Shown here piece by piece: positions 7,275-16,703 of a stretch of DNA of 31,522 nt. The translations under genes and the position numbers were made by a program. Position 1 is the stretch's first letter. Every line of letters begins with the position of its first letter. The stretch covers positions 1 to 31,522 of the forward strand of contig JANRJK010000034.1 in the NCBI GenBank assembly GCA_033764015.1, read 5' to 3'. This stretch comes from Candidatus Sumerlaeia bacterium. Lineage in GTDB: Bacteria > Sumerlaeota > Sumerlaeia > SLMS01 > JANRJK01. The notes beneath the pieces were generated by a model. It did not search any database and had not been told where the DNA came from. It was given only the letters and a program-made list of their open reading frames with translations.

Positions 7275-9725
7275 TCAGTACGGCCGCCGGGGCGGTGGCG
7301 GCGGGTCGAGCGCGAACGGCAGCCTCGGGCCGGGCTCCTCGGGCGGTTCCGGCCGCGTGCGGGCCAGCGGCGCCCCCGCACGCTCGAGCACGAGCACGCG
7401 CTCCAGCAGCACATGGCAACCCCCGGCGGCCCCCGGCGCGGGGCCGAGCGTTTCGAAGTGGAGCGCCGCGCCGGGGTTGGGCTCCGGCAGGTCGATGAGC
7501 GCGATGCGGCCCAGCGCGCCCGCCTGCGGCCCGAAGGTGTCGAACTCCGCCAGCGGCCGCAGGTCGCCGCCAAGGAGGCGGAACCGCGCGCCGCGCGGCG
7601 AGACGCCGACGCGGATCGCGATGCGGGTGGCTGAGTCGAAGCCCTCGTCCTCGAGGGCGATGCGTTCGCCGGGCCCCTGCGCGCGGAATTCGAGCAGCGG
7701 CGTCCAGGGGCGCGGCTTGTGGTCCGTCGCCGGCGCGTGGCGCGCGCCGTAGGCGTAAACCACGCAGTCCTCCAAGGCGAACTGCGGACGCCAGTCCGCC
7801 GTGAGCGCCGTGCCCGGCATCGCCCGGTCGACCCGCGCCGCGCGGAACAGGTCGGCGCCTTCGAGCGAGCGCAGCGGCAGCGGATAGGCGCGGAAGCCTC
7901 CCGGGACGTCGTCCGGCAGGAGCGGCTGCCACGCGACCCGCGCGCGGCGGTCGGCCTCCGGAGCCTCCCGCAGCAACTCCGCCGACCGCGCCAGCAGGCG
8001 AACCCGGTCGGGCAGCCCTGGCACCGTCAGCGAAAGCTCGCGCGGCGAGTCGCCCCCCCAGCCCGTGTTCCTCCCGATGGGGACATCGATGACGGAGGCG
8101 CCTTCGCGCAGCACCACCGGGAAGCGCTGAACCCCTTGGGTGCCGCGGAGGCCCCGCGCGTCCCCGTCGAAGAGCTTTGCGTCCTCGAGCGGTCCCGCAG
8201 GCGTGAATTCGACGCGCAGCTCCGCGGCCGCGGCCGTGGTCCCCTCCGCTTCGATCGCGACCCGGAGGACGTCCCCCGGCAGGCCGGTGAAGTCCTGCGG
8301 CAACAGGAATGCGCCGGGCGCGTCCGGACCCTTGCGCTCAAGCATGACCGATTCGGCGACGCCGCGCTCCGAGGGGGGGGCCTCCGGCGCGGCGAACAGC
8401 GGGGCCGCCGCCACGAAAGGCGCCAGCGGAGAGCCCCCGCGCTCGCGAAGGAACCAAGTCGGCTCGGGCGCCTCCAGCGGTGGCGGGCAGTCCTCCGACC
8501 AACGCGGCGCGCCGGAGAACCGGTCGCCCGCAGGGATGGGAGACGACGGCGCGAACACCGCGGCCTCGACGCCTTCGACGCGGTCCGTCGCGAGCGGCAG
8601 GGACGACGTCGATTCCGGCGCGTACTGATCGAACGGCGCGAAGAGCGCCTCCGCAGGCACCACGCACCCCGGCGTGAGTTCCACAGGCGGCAGGGGCAGC
8701 GCGGCGGCGTGGCGCGAGCGCAGGAGCACCGCGCCTTCCACCGCCAGCGGTGTTCCGTGGGCCAGCACCCCGGCGCCCCCGCGATGGAGGAGAAGCCGCC
8801 CGGGCGGCGGTTGGTCCGGCGGCGCCTCGTGCAACTCGATCCGCGCGCGGAACTCGCCGTCGAAGCCATCGGCGAGCCGCCAGCGGATCGACTCGCCCGC
8901 GAGGAGGGGGATGTCGATCGCGAGGACGCCCGGCTCCGGGTGCAGGCGCGTCGCGGTGCGCGTCCCCTCGCCATCCATGGCCGCCAGCACTCCGCGGAGC
9001 GTCGCGGCGCTATGGCCCCCGCCCGCGAGCGGCAGCTCGACCAGCACTTCCGCGGGGGGCGCGGGGAACTCGCCGCCCACGTACCGGATCGACGAGAGCA
9101 CGAGGTCGCGCGGCGCGGTCCAAAGGGCCTCGCGCTCGCGGTCGAAGAGGTCCAGCTCGACGACCGCCAGCGGGTCCGCGGAGGCCACCCGCGGCGGCGC
9201 CGCGGGGAGGCGCTCCCACAGCTCCGACGGGTTGAAGGTCGGGTCCGGCGGCGGCGCCTCCCGGGGGATCGGGGACAGCGCCGCGGCCCAGGCCGCGCCG
9301 TCGTTATCGATGAGCGACACGCGCCAGCCGCGCAGGTCGAGCGGGGCGAAGGACGACGCGGCGCCGGCGGTCAGCAGCGCGTGGCGGAACGACATCCAGC
9401 CACCCTGCGGACCGAGGAAGCGCGCGGTCTCGATCTCGCGCGGTTCGGCGCCGGGCAGCAGCTCGCGGTCGGGCTCGAAAAGCAGACGCCCCCGCGGAGG
9501 GCTGATCCAGAGCCAATGGACCGCCTCGTCCCGGCCGCAGGCGAAGAGGAGGCGCTCGCCGCGCTCCCCGGCGCCGTGGAACCGTCCCGCCGGGCGCGCG
9601 CAGTCGTCGAGGCTCGCGGAGGAGAGCACGCGGGGCCCCTCGGCCGAGGCGGCGGCGCAGCACGCGGCCGCCGCTCCCGCCGCCGCGAGCGCCCGCCAAA
9701 GCCTGGCTGCCGATTGTCCGACCAT
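7275..9725 (-). CDS. Large secreted hypothetical protein (~816 aa)
   Basis: Signal-peptide-like start MVGQSAARLWRALAAAGAAAACCAAASA|EG. Natural amino-acid composition; fills the gap between the cupin and ubiD genes. The ORF extension to 10283 overlaps ubiD and is rejected. Confidence 0.72.
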   Translation of the reverse strand: MVGQSAARLWRALAAAGAAAACCAAASAEGPRVLSSASLDDCARPAGRFHGAGERGERLLFACGRDEAVHWLWISPPRGRLLFEPDRELLPGAEPREIETARFLGPQGGWMSFRHALLTAGAASSFAPLDLRGWRVSLIDNDGAAWAAALSPIPREAPPPDPTFNPSELWERLPAAPPRVASADPLAVVELDLFDREREALWTAPRDLVLSSIRYVGGEFPAPPAEVLVELPLAGGGHSAATLRGVLAAMDGEGTRTATRLHPEPGVLAIDIPLLAGESIRWRLADGFDGEFRARIELHEAPPDQPPPGRLLLHRGGAGVLAHGTPLAVEGAVLLRSRHAAALPLPPVELTPGCVVPAEALFAPFDQYAPESTSSLPLATDRVEGVEAAVFAPSSPIPAGDRFSGAPRWSEDCPPPLEAPEPTWFLRERGGSPLAPFVAAAPLFAAPEAPPSERGVAESVMLERKGPDAPGAFLLPQDFTGLPGDVLRVAIEAEGTTAAAAELRVEFTPAGPLEDAKLFDGDARGLRGTQGVQRFPVVLREGASVIDVPIGRNTGWGGDSPRELSLTVPGLPDRVRLLARSAELLREAPEADRRARVAWQPLLPDDVPGGFRAYPLPLRSLEGADLFRAARVDRAMPGTALTADWRPQFALEDCVVYAYGARHAPATDHKPRPWTPLLEFRAQGPGERIALEDEGFDSATRIAIRVGVSPRGARFRLLGGDLRPLAEFDTFGPQAGALGRIALIDLPEPNPGAALHFETLGPAPGAAGGCHVLLERVLVLERAGAPLARTRPEPPEEPGPRLPFALDPPPPPRRPY

Positions 9726-9804
9726 GGGCCCCCTCGCCGGGCGCGGATTCTGCTCACCCACCAACGCGTCGCAGCGTATTCCCACCGTGAGGAATGGTAC
9801 AAGG

Positions 9805-11616
9805 ATGAGCAACGCCCCGGTCCGCAATCTCCGCACCATGCTGCGCCAGTTCCGCGAACGGGGCGAACTGGTGTGCGTGTCGGCGCGCGTCTCCTCCGAC
9901 CAGGAGATCGCGGAGATCCACCGCCGCGTGATCGCCGCGCGCGGCCCGGCGCTGCTCTTCACCAACGTCGAGGGCAGCGGCTTCCCCGTCGCGACCAACC
10001 TCTTCGGCACGAAGGAACGCACGGAGCTCGCCTTCGGCAGGCGCCCCTTGGACTTCGTCCGCGACGCCGCCCGCTTCGCCTTCGAGGCGCTCCCGCCCAC
10101 TCCGGCGAAGCTCTGGGAGTTCAAGCACCTCGGCTTCCAAGGGCTCCGCGTGGGCCTCAAGCGCGGGCGAGGCGGCCCGGTCCTGGATGCGGTCCAGCGC
10201 CCCGCGCGCCTCACGGAGCTGCCGCTGCTGAAGCTCTGGCCCGACGACGGCGGCCACTTCGTGACGCTGCCGCTCGTCCACACTCAGCACCCGGAGGACG
10301 GGAAGCCGAACCTCGGCATGTACCGGATGCAGCGCTACGACGACCGCACCACCGGCATGCACTGGCAGATCGGCAAGGGGGGCGGCTTCCACTACGGCGT
10401 GGCGGAGGCGAAGAACCGGGCGCTCCCGGTGAACGTCTACGCCGGTGGGCCCCCGGCGCTGATCCTCTCCGCCATCGCACCGCTCCCCGAGGGCATCCCC
10501 GAGCTGCTCCTCGCCTCGCTGCTGCTCGGCGAGCGCCTGCCGCTCTGCGAGAACCCCAGCGGCCCGCTGCCGCTCGTCGCCGAGGCCGAGTTCGCCCTCG
10601 TCGGCGAGGTCGCCCCGCGCCTGCGCCGCCCCGAGGGCCCCTTCGGCGACCACTACGGCTATTACTCGCTCACGCACGACTACCCAGTCTTCCAAGTGAG
10701 GGCGGTCCACCACCGCCGCAACGCGATCTGGCCCGCGACCGTGGTCGGCAAGCCGCGCCAGGAGGACTTCTTCATCGGCGATTTCCTCCAGGAGCTGCTC
10801 AGCCCGCTCTTCCCCCTCGTGATGCCGACGGTGCGCGACCTGTGGAGCTACGGCGAGACCGGCTTCCACGCGCTCAGCGCCGCCGTCGTCCGCGACCGCT
10901 ACGCGCGCGAGGCGATGTCGTCCGCCTTCCGCATCCTTGGCGAGGGCCAGCTCTCGCTCACCAAGTTCCTCATCGCCATCGACCAGCCGGTGCCGCTGCG
11001 CGACTTCCGCCGCGTCCTCCAGCACCTCCTCGAACGGACCAACCCGGAGACGGACCTCTACATCTTCGGCAACCTGTCGATGGACACGCTCGATTACGCC
11101 GGCCCGGAGGTGAACAAGGGGAGCAAGGGCGTGTGGCTCGGCCTCGGCGAGAAAAAGCGCGAGCTGCCCGGCGAGTTCCGCGGCGACCTGCCGCAGGGCG
11201 CCCGCGACCCGCTGCCCTTCTGCCCCGGCTGCCTCGTGGTCGGCGGCGCGCCCTACGCGGAGGAACCGGAACAGGCGAAGCGGATCGCAGCCGATCCCGC
11301 CTTCCAGGGCTGGCAGCTCCTCGTACTCTGCGACAACCCGCGGCAGGCCACCGCGTCGGTGCCCGCGTTCCTCTGGACGGCGTTCACGCGCTTCGAGCCC
11401 GCCGCCGACATCCACGCCGCGTCCGAGCGCTTGGTGCGCCGCCACGTCGCCTTCAGCGCGCCCGTCGTCATCGACGCGCGGATGAAGCCCTGGTACCCGC
11501 CCGAGGTCTTCGCCGCGGAGGACGTGAAGAAGCGCGTCACGGAGCGCTGGCGCGAGTACTTCCCCGGCGGCAAGGTCGAGATGGGCGACAGCGACTACGG
11601 CGACCTGCTGGGCTAG
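9805..11616 (+). CDS. ubiD: UbiD-family prFMN decarboxylase, long form (likely menaquinone-pathway MqnL-like)
   Basis: EIAEIHRRVIAARGPALLFTNV, TNLFGT, WPDDGGHFVTLPLV, NLGMYRMQ, EGPFGDHYGYYS, ATVVGKPRQED, DTLDY. Confidence 0.92.
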   Translation: MSNAPVRNLRTMLRQFRERGELVCVSARVSSDQEIAEIHRRVIAARGPALLFTNVEGSGFPVATNLFGTKERTELAFGRRPLDFVRDAARFAFEALPPTPAKLWEFKHLGFQGLRVGLKRGRGGPVLDAVQRPARLTELPLLKLWPDDGGHFVTLPLVHTQHPEDGKPNLGMYRMQRYDDRTTGMHWQIGKGGGFHYGVAEAKNRALPVNVYAGGPPALILSAIAPLPEGIPELLLASLLLGERLPLCENPSGPLPLVAEAEFALVGEVAPRLRRPEGPFGDHYGYYSLTHDYPVFQVRAVHHRRNAIWPATVVGKPRQEDFFIGDFLQELLSPLFPLVMPTVRDLWSYGETGFHALSAAVVRDRYAREAMSSAFRILGEGQLSLTKFLIAIDQPVPLRDFRRVLQHLLERTNPETDLYIFGNLSMDTLDYAGPEVNKGSKGVWLGLGEKKRELPGEFRGDLPQGARDPLPFCPGCLVVGGAPYAEEPEQAKRIAADPAFQGWQLLVLCDNPRQATASVPAFLWTAFTRFEPAADIHAASERLVRRHVAFSAPVVIDARMKPWYPPEVFAAEDVKKRVTERWREYFPGGKVEMGDSDYGDLLG

Positions 11617-11969
11617 CGCAGGCGGCCCCCCTCGAACTCCGGGCTGTCGCGCCAGCGATACCCGCCGAAGGCCAGCCCCGCACCCACCAGCGATCCAATT
11701 CCCGCGCCGAGGAGGAGTCCGATCCTCGCGCGGCGCTCCGCGATCTTGTTGGCCGTCGCGAGATCGCGGCGCGCCTCGTAGGGGGCCCTGCGACCCGATG
11801 CGGACGAACCGCCCTGCCACCAGCCGAACCCTGCGAACAGCGCGGCGCTCGCAGCCACCACCAAGAGCTTCACCAGCATCCCCGCGCCGGGGGACTCCTT
11901 GAGGTCGTTGCGTCCGCCGACCGGCTTGAAGTCGTCCCAGGGGGTCTTGTTGCTGTCGCGGTTCGCCAT
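11613..11969 (-). CDS. Small 2-TM membrane protein (paralog 3)
   Basis: MANRDSNKTPWDDFKP...LLVVAASAALFAGFGWW...IGLLLGAGIGSLVGAGLAFGG. Its stop overlaps the ubiD stop (CTAG). Confidence 0.65.
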   Translation of the reverse strand: MANRDSNKTPWDDFKPVGGRNDLKESPGAGMLVKLLVVAASAALFAGFGWWQGGSSASGRRAPYEARRDLATANKIAERRARIGLLLGAGIGSLVGAGLAFGGYRWRDSPEFEGGRLR

Positions 11970-12027
11970 CGGGGTTTTAGTCACCTGATTGTATTGGGAG
12001 TCGTGTGCCGAATCGCTGCTTCCACTC

Positions 12028-12318
12028 TCAAAGCCACCGGAACCACCGCAGCCAGTCCACGTCCTCGCTGCCGTCATTCCACAGGTTTGGCCGCCCCAGT
12101 AGCATCACCGCCACTCCGCCGCCAAGGAGCGCTCCGCCGAGGCCCCCGGGCAGTGCGACACGCTCGGTCCGGGCGCGGGCCTCGCCGGCCGGGTCGGCCG
12201 TCTCACTCTTGCCCGCGGTGGAACTCAGCACCCACCAACCGGCTGCGCCGAGTAGCGCGGCGAAGACGGCCACCACGAGCACGCGCGCCAGTACACCGCC
12301 GAGCCGATCGCTATTCAA
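12028..12318 (-). CDS. Small 2-TM membrane protein (paralog 2)
   Basis: GGAGG RBS and a TTG start overlapping the upstream gene's end. VLVVAVFAALLGAAGWW...GGLGGALLGGGVAVMLLG. Confidence 0.6.
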   Translation of the reverse strand: MNSDRLGGVLARVLVVAVFAALLGAAGWWVLSSTAGKSETADPAGEARARTERVALPGGLGGALLGGGVAVMLLGRPNLWNDGSEDVDWLRWFRWL

Positions 12319-12595
12319 CGCCGCGCCTCCAGATCCCGGCGACACGCCACAGGCCCAATGCCGACGCCGCACCCAGCGCGGTGCCCACGCCAACCAGCAG
12401 CGCGGTCCCGTCCATCCACCAGCCACAGAAGGCCCCGCCCGCGAGCGCGCCCCCCGCCGCAACGGCGGCGAGTACCAGCCGCGACGCGCTCCGTGCGCGG
12501 CGCCGCAACGCCTGGGTTGGCGCTGGGAGCGGCACGCCGTCCTGCGACGGCGAGAACTCCTCCCACGGGTCGGGGTCGTTGTGGTGTCGCTTCAT
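12311..12595 (-). CDS. Small 2-TM membrane protein (paralog 1)
   Basis: GGAGA RBS, ATG 12595. MKRHHNDPDPWEEFSP...LVLAAVAAGGALAGGAFCGWW...LLVGVGTALGAASALGLW. Confidence 0.62.
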   Translation of the reverse strand: MKRHHNDPDPWEEFSPSQDGVPLPAPTQALRRRARSASRLVLAAVAAGGALAGGAFCGWWMDGTALLVGVGTALGAASALGLWRVAGIWRRGVE

Positions 12596-12730
12596 GGCGG
12601 TTGCGTTCTCCGGCGACCATCGCGCAGGCGGCGCTTCCCCGCAAGCCGCATCGCGCCGCCGGGACAAAACCGTTGCCCGGAGCGCCGCCCGCGCCCAGTC
12701 AGGACGCCGGGCGTGAAGGTGCCCCTCCGA

Positions 12731-14158
12731 ATGGCTCAGCGCGTTGTCCCCCGCACCCTCAAGGGATTCCAGGACCACCTCCCCGCGAAGGCGATCCAGC
12801 GCCTGCGGCTCCTCGAGAAACTCGTTCCGCTGGTCGAGCGCTACGGCTTCGTGCCGCTCGATTCCCCCGCGGTCGAGCACCTCGATGTGCTGCTGGGCAG
12901 CGGCGGCGAAGGCGCCAACAAGGAGCTGTTCCGCTTCGAGTCGCCCGAGGAGGAGCCGGTCGCGCTGCGCTTCGACCTCACGGTGCCGTTCGCGCGCCTG
13001 CTGGCGCAGTACCCCGCGGAGCTGAAGCCCCCCTTCCGCCGCTACGCCTTCGGCCCCGTGTGGCGCGCCGACAAGCCCGGCCCCGGGCGCTACCGCCAGT
13101 TCACCCAGTTCGACTTCGACCACGCCGGCACCGCGGACGTCGCGGTGGACGCGGAGATCTGCTCGCTCATGTGCGAGGCGATGCGCGCCGTCGGCGTCGA
13201 GGAGCACCGCCTGCATGTGAACAGCCGACGCGCCATGGACGCGCTCCTCGCGCGCTGCGGCGTCGCCGACGCGGAGGGCCAGAAGGCCGTGCTCCGCGTG
13301 ATCGACAAGCTCGACAAGGTGGGCGTGCCGAACGTGCGCCTCGAGCTCGGCCCCGGGCGCGTGGATGAATCGGGGGACAAGATCAAGGGCCTCGGCCTCG
13401 ACGCGGCGGTGATCGACCGCATCGCCGCGGCGCTCGCGATCCCGCGCGGCACGCGCGCGGAGGTGGTCGCCTCGGTCCGCGAGTTCCTCGGCGGCACCGG
13501 CGCGGACGCGGTGGCCGAGCTGGAGGAGCTGGACGAGTCGCTCCGCGTGCTCGGCGTGGACGACGCGCACGGCGTGTTCGACCCGTCGCTGGCGCGCGGC
13601 CTCGAGTACTACACCGGCCCCGTCTTCGAAATGAAGCTCCCCGCCGCGCCGCAGTTCGGCACCGTCATGGCCGGCGGGCGGTACGACGGCCTCGTCGAGC
13701 GCTTCACGCCCAACGCGCTCGCGGCGACCGGCGGCTCCATCGGCGTGGACCGGTTGCTGGCCGCGCTCGAGTCGCTCGCGGAGGCGCCGCTTCCCGCCAG
13801 CACGGTTCAGGCGATGATCGTCGTGTTCAAGGGCGTGCCCAAGGCGCGCTACCTCGAGATGGCGGCGGAGCTGCGCCGCGCCGGCGTCAACACCGAGGTG
13901 TTCTTCGGCAAGAAGAAGGCGGGCGTCACGGAGCAGCTCGCGCACGCGAACGCGCGCGGCGTCCCCGTCGCGGTGATCGCGGGCGAGGACGAGCTGGCCC
14001 GCGGGGAGATCGCCGTGAAGGACCTCCTCGCCGGCGCCGCCGCCCGCGAAGGCATCGAGGACCGCGACGCCTACCTCGAGGCCGCCAAGGCCGGACAGCA
14101 GACCATCGCCCGCACGCGGATGGTTGACTATGTCAAGGAGCTGCTGGCCCGCCGCTAG
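12731..14158 (+). CDS. hisS: Histidine--tRNA ligase
   Basis: PRTLKGFQD, LRFDLTVPFAR, WRADKPGPGRYRQFTQFDFD, RGLEYYTG, GGRYDGL, plus an anticodon-binding domain (so HisS rather than HisZ). Confidence 0.96.
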   Translation: MAQRVVPRTLKGFQDHLPAKAIQRLRLLEKLVPLVERYGFVPLDSPAVEHLDVLLGSGGEGANKELFRFESPEEEPVALRFDLTVPFARLLAQYPAELKPPFRRYAFGPVWRADKPGPGRYRQFTQFDFDHAGTADVAVDAEICSLMCEAMRAVGVEEHRLHVNSRRAMDALLARCGVADAEGQKAVLRVIDKLDKVGVPNVRLELGPGRVDESGDKIKGLGLDAAVIDRIAAALAIPRGTRAEVVASVREFLGGTGADAVAELEELDESLRVLGVDDAHGVFDPSLARGLEYYTGPVFEMKLPAAPQFGTVMAGGRYDGLVERFTPNALAATGGSIGVDRLLAALESLAEAPLPASTVQAMIVVFKGVPKARYLEMAAELRRAGVNTEVFFGKKKAGVTEQLAHANARGVPVAVIAGEDELARGEIAVKDLLAGAAAREGIEDRDAYLEAAKAGQQTIARTRMVDYVKELLARR

Positions 14159-14186
14159 CCGCCAACCCGCAGGCAAAGGAACCCCC

Positions 14187-15236
14187 ATGCCCCCCTTCGA
14201 CCCCAACTCAGCCGCGGCGCCCGGCTCCGGCATCTTTGGGCTGCCCTTCAACGAGGACGAGTCCGCGCTGGTGCTCTTCCCCGTGCCGTGGGAGGCGACC
14301 ACCTCCTTCGGCGGCGGCACCGCGGAGGGTCCCGCCGCGATCCTCGACGCGAGCCACCAGGTCGACCTCGCGCACGCGCGGTTGGTGCGCCCCTACGAGG
14401 CGGGCCTCTTCCTGCGCGCGGAATCGACTGATGTGCGCCACGCGGCGGAGCAGGCGAAGGAGATGGCCTCCGGCGTGATCGAGGCCGGCGGCGCGGGGGA
14501 CGACCCGAACCTCGCCGAGGCCGCCGAGCGCGTGAACGCGCTTTCCGAGTGGATGAACGGCTGGGTCGAGGGCGAGGCGGCGTCGATCTTCGCCGCCGGG
14601 CGCATCCCGGGGCTGGTGGGCGGCGACCACTCGACGCCGCTCGGCGCGTGGAAGGCCGCGGCGAAGGCCACCGGCGGCTTCGACCTGCTCCAGATCGACG
14701 CGCATATGGACCTCCGCAAGGCGTTCGAGGGTTTCCACTACTCGCACGCGTCGATCACCTACAACGGGCTCGAGGAGATCGCCGCGATCCGCCGCTGCGT
14801 GCAGGTCGGCATCCGCGATTTCTGCGACGAGGAGCGCGACTACGCCGAGGCCCACACGGGACGGGTGAGCGTGTTCTACCAGTGGATGCTCGACAACGCC
14901 GCCTTCGCCGGCGAACCGTGGGGCGCGAAGGCGGGGCGCATCGTCGAGCAGCTCGGCGACAACGTGTGGATCACCTTCGACATCGACGGGCTCGATCCGG
15001 CGCTGTGTCCGCACACGGGCACGCCGGTGCCCGGCGGGCTGTCCTTCGCGCAGGCGGTGTCGCTGATCGAAGCGGTCGCGCTGTCGGGGCGGCGCATTAT
15101 CGGCTTCGACCTCAACGAGGTCTCGCCCGGGCCGGATGGCGGCGCGGGTTGGGACGCGAACGTCGGCGCGCGCGTGCTTTGGAACCTCTGCTGCTGGACG
15201 CTGCACAGCCAGGGCAAAGCGGCGCTGCGCGGCTAA
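14187..15236 (+). CDS. speB: Agmatinase / arginase (ureohydrolase) family protein
   Basis: PVPWEATTS, GGDHS, QIDAHMDLR, SHAS, TFDIDGLDP...TGTPVPGGL, GFDLNEV. Confidence 0.88.
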   Translation: MPPFDPNSAAAPGSGIFGLPFNEDESALVLFPVPWEATTSFGGGTAEGPAAILDASHQVDLAHARLVRPYEAGLFLRAESTDVRHAAEQAKEMASGVIEAGGAGDDPNLAEAAERVNALSEWMNGWVEGEAASIFAAGRIPGLVGGDHSTPLGAWKAAAKATGGFDLLQIDAHMDLRKAFEGFHYSHASITYNGLEEIAAIRRCVQVGIRDFCDEERDYAEAHTGRVSVFYQWMLDNAAFAGEPWGAKAGRIVEQLGDNVWITFDIDGLDPALCPHTGTPVPGGLSFAQAVSLIEAVALSGRRIIGFDLNEVSPGPDGGAGWDANVGARVLWNLCCWTLHSQGKAALRG

Positions 15237-15240
15237 GCGC

Positions 15241-15269
15241 TTGCCGCGCGGCTCGCCCGGCGCAAGGAT
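15241..15269 (+). promoter_or_regulatory. Candidate sigma70-type promoter (near-leaderless)
   Basis: TTGCCG-N17-AAGGAT, 9 nt before ATG 15279. The -10 is weak. Confidence 0.3.
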
Positions 15270-15278
15270 CGGCGGCTG

Positions 15279-16703
15279 ATGGGCGGACGTCACGTGGTCA
15301 TCCTCGGTTCAGGCGTGTGCGGCCTCGCGGCCGCGCACCGGCTGCTTGAGCTGGACCCTGCGCGGTCGGTGACGCTGCTCGAGGCGGAGGACCGCCCCGG
15401 CGGCCTTGCCCGTTCGCTCACGCTCGACGGCCACGTGATGGATATGGGGCCGCACCGGATTTACACCGAGCTCCCCGACGTACAGGAATTCCTCCAGAAC
15501 CTCGCCGGACCCGACCTGGTCGAGGTGCCGCGCGTGTCGCGCATGTGGCTCGGCGGGCGCTGGATCGAATACCCCCCCAAGCCGGTCGAGGCCACCATGG
15601 CGCTCGGGCTCGGGTCGGTGCTCAAGGCGGGCGCCAGCTTCGCCTGGCAGAAGACCGGCGGGCGCTTCGCCGACGAGCAGCACCGCCACGAGAGCTTCCA
15701 GTCGATCATGTCCGACGCCTTCGGCCCGGAGCTGTACCGCCTACTGGTCGGCCCCTACGCGGAAAAGGTGTGGAAGGTCCCCGGGACGGAGATCCACGCC
15801 GACATCGGGCGAGTGCGCGTGTCGGCTGGCGGGCTTGACAGGATGATCCGGCGCCTCCTGCGCCCTGAGCAACCGGGGCAAGAGACGGCGCTGAAGAAGT
15901 TCTTCTACATCGAGGGCGGCGTCGAGACTCTGGTTAGGAAGCTCCTCGACCGGATTGGCTCGCAGCGGGCGGACATCAAGTGCGGCTGCCAAGCCCGATC
16001 ACTTGCACAGCGCGGAGGGTCGGGGTGGACCGTAGGCACCACCTTGGGGGACTTCGAGGCGGATCAGGTGATCTCGACGATCCCGATGCCGGACTTGGTG
16101 GGGATGCTCAAACCGGCGTTCCCGGACGCCAATGCGGACCGCGCCGCCTGCGAGCTGCGCTACATCGCGAACTTCCTGGTGGTGCTGATCGTCAATAAGA
16201 AAAGCTTGACAGATGCGCAGTGGCTCTACTTCCCGGGCCCCGACACGATCTTCAACCGGGGCTACCTGCCGAAGAACTTCCACTCGAGCATGGGCGGCGC
16301 TGAGCAGACTGCTCTTGTTCTTGAGATTACCTGCCACCGCGACGATCCCGTGTGGCGCATGACGGACCGCCAACTGATCGACCAGTCGGTGGCGGACCTC
16401 ACCAAGATCGGGATGCTGAACAGCGCCGACGTCGCCGCGTCGATGGTCCACCGCATTCCCAACACGTACCCGCTGTACGACTTGGGTTACCGGGACCGGA
16501 TGCAGGTGTTGATCGAGTACCTCGGCAAGGTGCCCGGGCTCATCTCAACCGGACGTCAAGGTCTCTACCTTCACAACAACATGGACCACTCGATCCACAT
16601 GGGGTTCCGCGCGGCGGACTTCGCCGCGCAGGGTTCGCCCACGCCCGGCCTTGGGGTGTACGCGGAACTCTCGAAGTACCAGCACTTCAGGATTGTGGAC
16701 TGA
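15279..16703 (+). CDS. FAD-dependent oxidoreductase (HemY-like / UDP-galactopyranose-mutase-like superfamily)
   Basis: VILGSGVCGL, PGGLARS, DMGPHRIYT, WLYFP, TYPLYDLGY, TGRQGLYLHNNMDHSIHMG. Confidence 0.85.
   Translation: MGGRHVVILGSGVCGLAAAHRLLELDPARSVTLLEAEDRPGGLARSLTLDGHVMDMGPHRIYTELPDVQEFLQNLAGPDLVEVPRVSRMWLGGRWIEYPPKPVEATMALGLGSVLKAGASFAWQKTGGRFADEQHRHESFQSIMSDAFGPELYRLLVGPYAEKVWKVPGTEIHADIGRVRVSAGGLDRMIRRLLRPEQPGQETALKKFFYIEGGVETLVRKLLDRIGSQRADIKCGCQARSLAQRGGSGWTVGTTLGDFEADQVISTIPMPDLVGMLKPAFPDANADRAACELRYIANFLVVLIVNKKSLTDAQWLYFPGPDTIFNRGYLPKNFHSSMGGAEQTALVLEITCHRDDPVWRMTDRQLIDQSVADLTKIGMLNSADVAASMVHRIPNTYPLYDLGYRDRMQVLIEYLGKVPGLISTGRQGLYLHNNMDHSIHMGFRAADFAAQGSPTPGLGVYAELSKYQHFRIVD

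Noticed and set aside
8674..9804. 377-aa N-terminal extension of UbiD (likewise the extensions of hisS from 12005 and the cupin from 6485)
   Set aside because: Low-complexity antisense or off-frame read-through of neighbouring genes; family homology starts at the downstream ATG.
7719..12716. 1665-aa + strand ORF and similar long ORFs (27593-30520, 25254-26855, most of 12311-14320, 9754-11820)
   Set aside because: Arg/Pro/Ala/Gly-rich shadow frames of high-GC genes, overlapping well-supported CDSs, with no motifs.
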